A stretch of DNA of 14,377 nucleotides, taken from the IMG/VR virus record IMGVR_UViG_2675903352_000015, positions 1 to 14,377 of that record; one strand, written 5' to 3'. Below, piece by piece: positions 13,390 through 14,377 of the stretch (position 1 is the first letter of the stretch; the number at the start of each line of letters is the position of its first letter). Origin of the DNA: a virus (Duplodnaviria > Heunggongvirae > Uroviricota > Caudoviricetes). A model generated the notes under the pieces. That model worked only from the letters and a program-made list of their open reading frames with translations, had not been told where the DNA came from and did no database searches. Position numbers and translations under genes: made by a program.

Positions 13390-14377
13390 TGCACTACCAC
13401 CGCGTGTTAGATCGAATGGTTACAGTTACGTGTGGAAACCCGAAGGAAGCACAAGAACTATAGGGCTCGGAAGAGTACGGGAAACCAGCGTAGCTAAAGT
13501 CTGGCAAAATTATGAACTGGAAAAAGCAAAACTCCACAACATAATGACCGTCGCTAAATTATGGCACATGTTTATGGACTCCCCTGCATTTACAGAACTG
13601 GCACCCCGAACCCAAAAAGATTATCGACAACATCAGAGGGCGTTGCTGGCGGTATTCGGTAAAGTGCTTGCTGATAATGTAAAAATTGAGCAAGTAAGAA
13701 TTTTCATGGATAAGCGGGGACTTGAGAGCAAGACCCAGGCAAACCATGAGCTGGCAAGCCTGAGTCGCGTATACGGATGGGGATATGAGCGTGGGTATGT
13801 GAAAAATAATCCATGCAAAGGCGTCAGAAAATTCACGCTTAAAGCCCGCACTGTTTACATAACCGATGAACAGTATGCGGCGATATACGCGGAAGCAATT
13901 CCACAGTTACGCATTGCAATGGAGATTTCCTATCTTTGTGCGGCAAGGCTCGGTGATGTTCTCGAGCTGAAATGGCAGGATATTATGGATAAAGGGATCT
14001 ACATTGAGCAAAACAAAACAGGCACCAAACAAATCAAGGAATGGTCTCCGCGATTACGTACGGCGATCCAGTTAGCCCGAAATGTATCTTCCGGCATATG
14101 CGGGTATGTGATCAGCACAACCAAAGGCGGGAAAGTCATCGCTAAAACGCTGAACAACTGGTGGAATCAGGCTAAACGCGCAGCCGAGCAAAAAGCAGGC
14201 GTTCCGTTCGGATGTAATTTTCATGACATAAAAGCCAAAGGGATTTCAGATTATGAAGGCAGCAGCCGCGACAAACAAATTTTCAGTGGGCATAAAACAG
14301 AAAACCAGGTGTTGATTTATGATCGCAAAACAAAAATCACCCCAACACTGGATTTGCCGCTTGTGGTCAGTAAGTAG
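13358..14377 (+). CDS. int: tyrosine integrase, lambda Int family
   Basis: 339 aa; N-terminal MGRPRK...LPP...NGY like lambda Int; box I Arg (AARLGDVLELKW); box II FHDIK...SGHK...LIYDRK with candidate catalytic Tyr; stop codon TAG is the last three bases of the window. Confidence 0.9.
   Translation: MGRPRKNKKDNALPPRVRSNGYSYVWKPEGSTRTIGLGRVRETSVAKVWQNYELEKAKLHNIMTVAKLWHMFMDSPAFTELAPRTQKDYRQHQRALLAVFGKVLADNVKIEQVRIFMDKRGLESKTQANHELASLSRVYGWGYERGYVKNNPCKGVRKFTLKARTVYITDEQYAAIYAEAIPQLRIAMEISYLCAARLGDVLELKWQDIMDKGIYIEQNKTGTKQIKEWSPRLRTAIQLARNVSSGICGYVISTTKGGKVIAKTLNNWWNQAKRAAEQKAGVPFGCNFHDIKAKGISDYEGSSRDKQIFSGHKTENQVLIYDRKTKITPTLDLPLVVSK

Larger units (their letters stand above)
4907..14377. mobile_element. 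Rac-like lambdoid prophage early/immunity/recombination/integration region (att site and the rest of the element lie outside the window; left boundary uncertain)
   Basis: Gene order int - xis - recE-like - small kil-region ORFs - pL/O - repressor - pR/O - cro-like - ydaT-like - O-like with ori iterons mirrors lambda and Rac; the restriction-modification and ParDE genes to the left may be cargo of the same island. Confidence 0.7.

Noticed and set aside
1-14377. tRNA genes, rRNA, CRISPR arrays, IS elements or an att core within the window
   Set aside because: No cloverleaf-like sequence, repeat-spacer array or transposase ORF was seen; the integrase ends at the last base of the window, so the attachment site and any tRNA target presumably lie just outside it.

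Overview
This window reads as the early, immunity and integration half of a Rac-like lambdoid prophage or prophage-derived island in an E. coli-like enterobacterial genome; all calls are from reading the sequence and from memory of protein families, with no database search run. Right to left: a lambda-family tyrosine integrase (stop codon is the last three bases of the window) with an overlapping Xis-like gene; an 826-aa RecE-like exonuclease whose C-terminal catalytic domain is a DnaQ-like DEDDh 3'-5' exonuclease; a cluster of small ORFs; an AT-rich accessory insert; a pL-like promoter with operator and a C13 tract; a CI/RacR-like HTH repressor; and divergent Cro/YdaS-like, YdaT-like and O-like replication genes with an internal iteron origin. 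Left of the replication gene there is no helicase loader or late genes; instead there are two unknown small genes, an AT-rich type II restriction-modification operon (gamma-class N6-adenine methyltransferase translationally coupled to a putative PstI/BsuBI-like endonuclease), a ParD/ParE toxin-antitoxin pair, and a two-gene unit of unknown function running off the left edge. No tRNA, rRNA, CRISPR array or IS element was recognised. The best candidates for something undescribed are the AT-rich convergent gene pair at 8946-9564, the unknown genes replacing the helicase loader (4907-5743), and the left-edge gene pair (1-1030).
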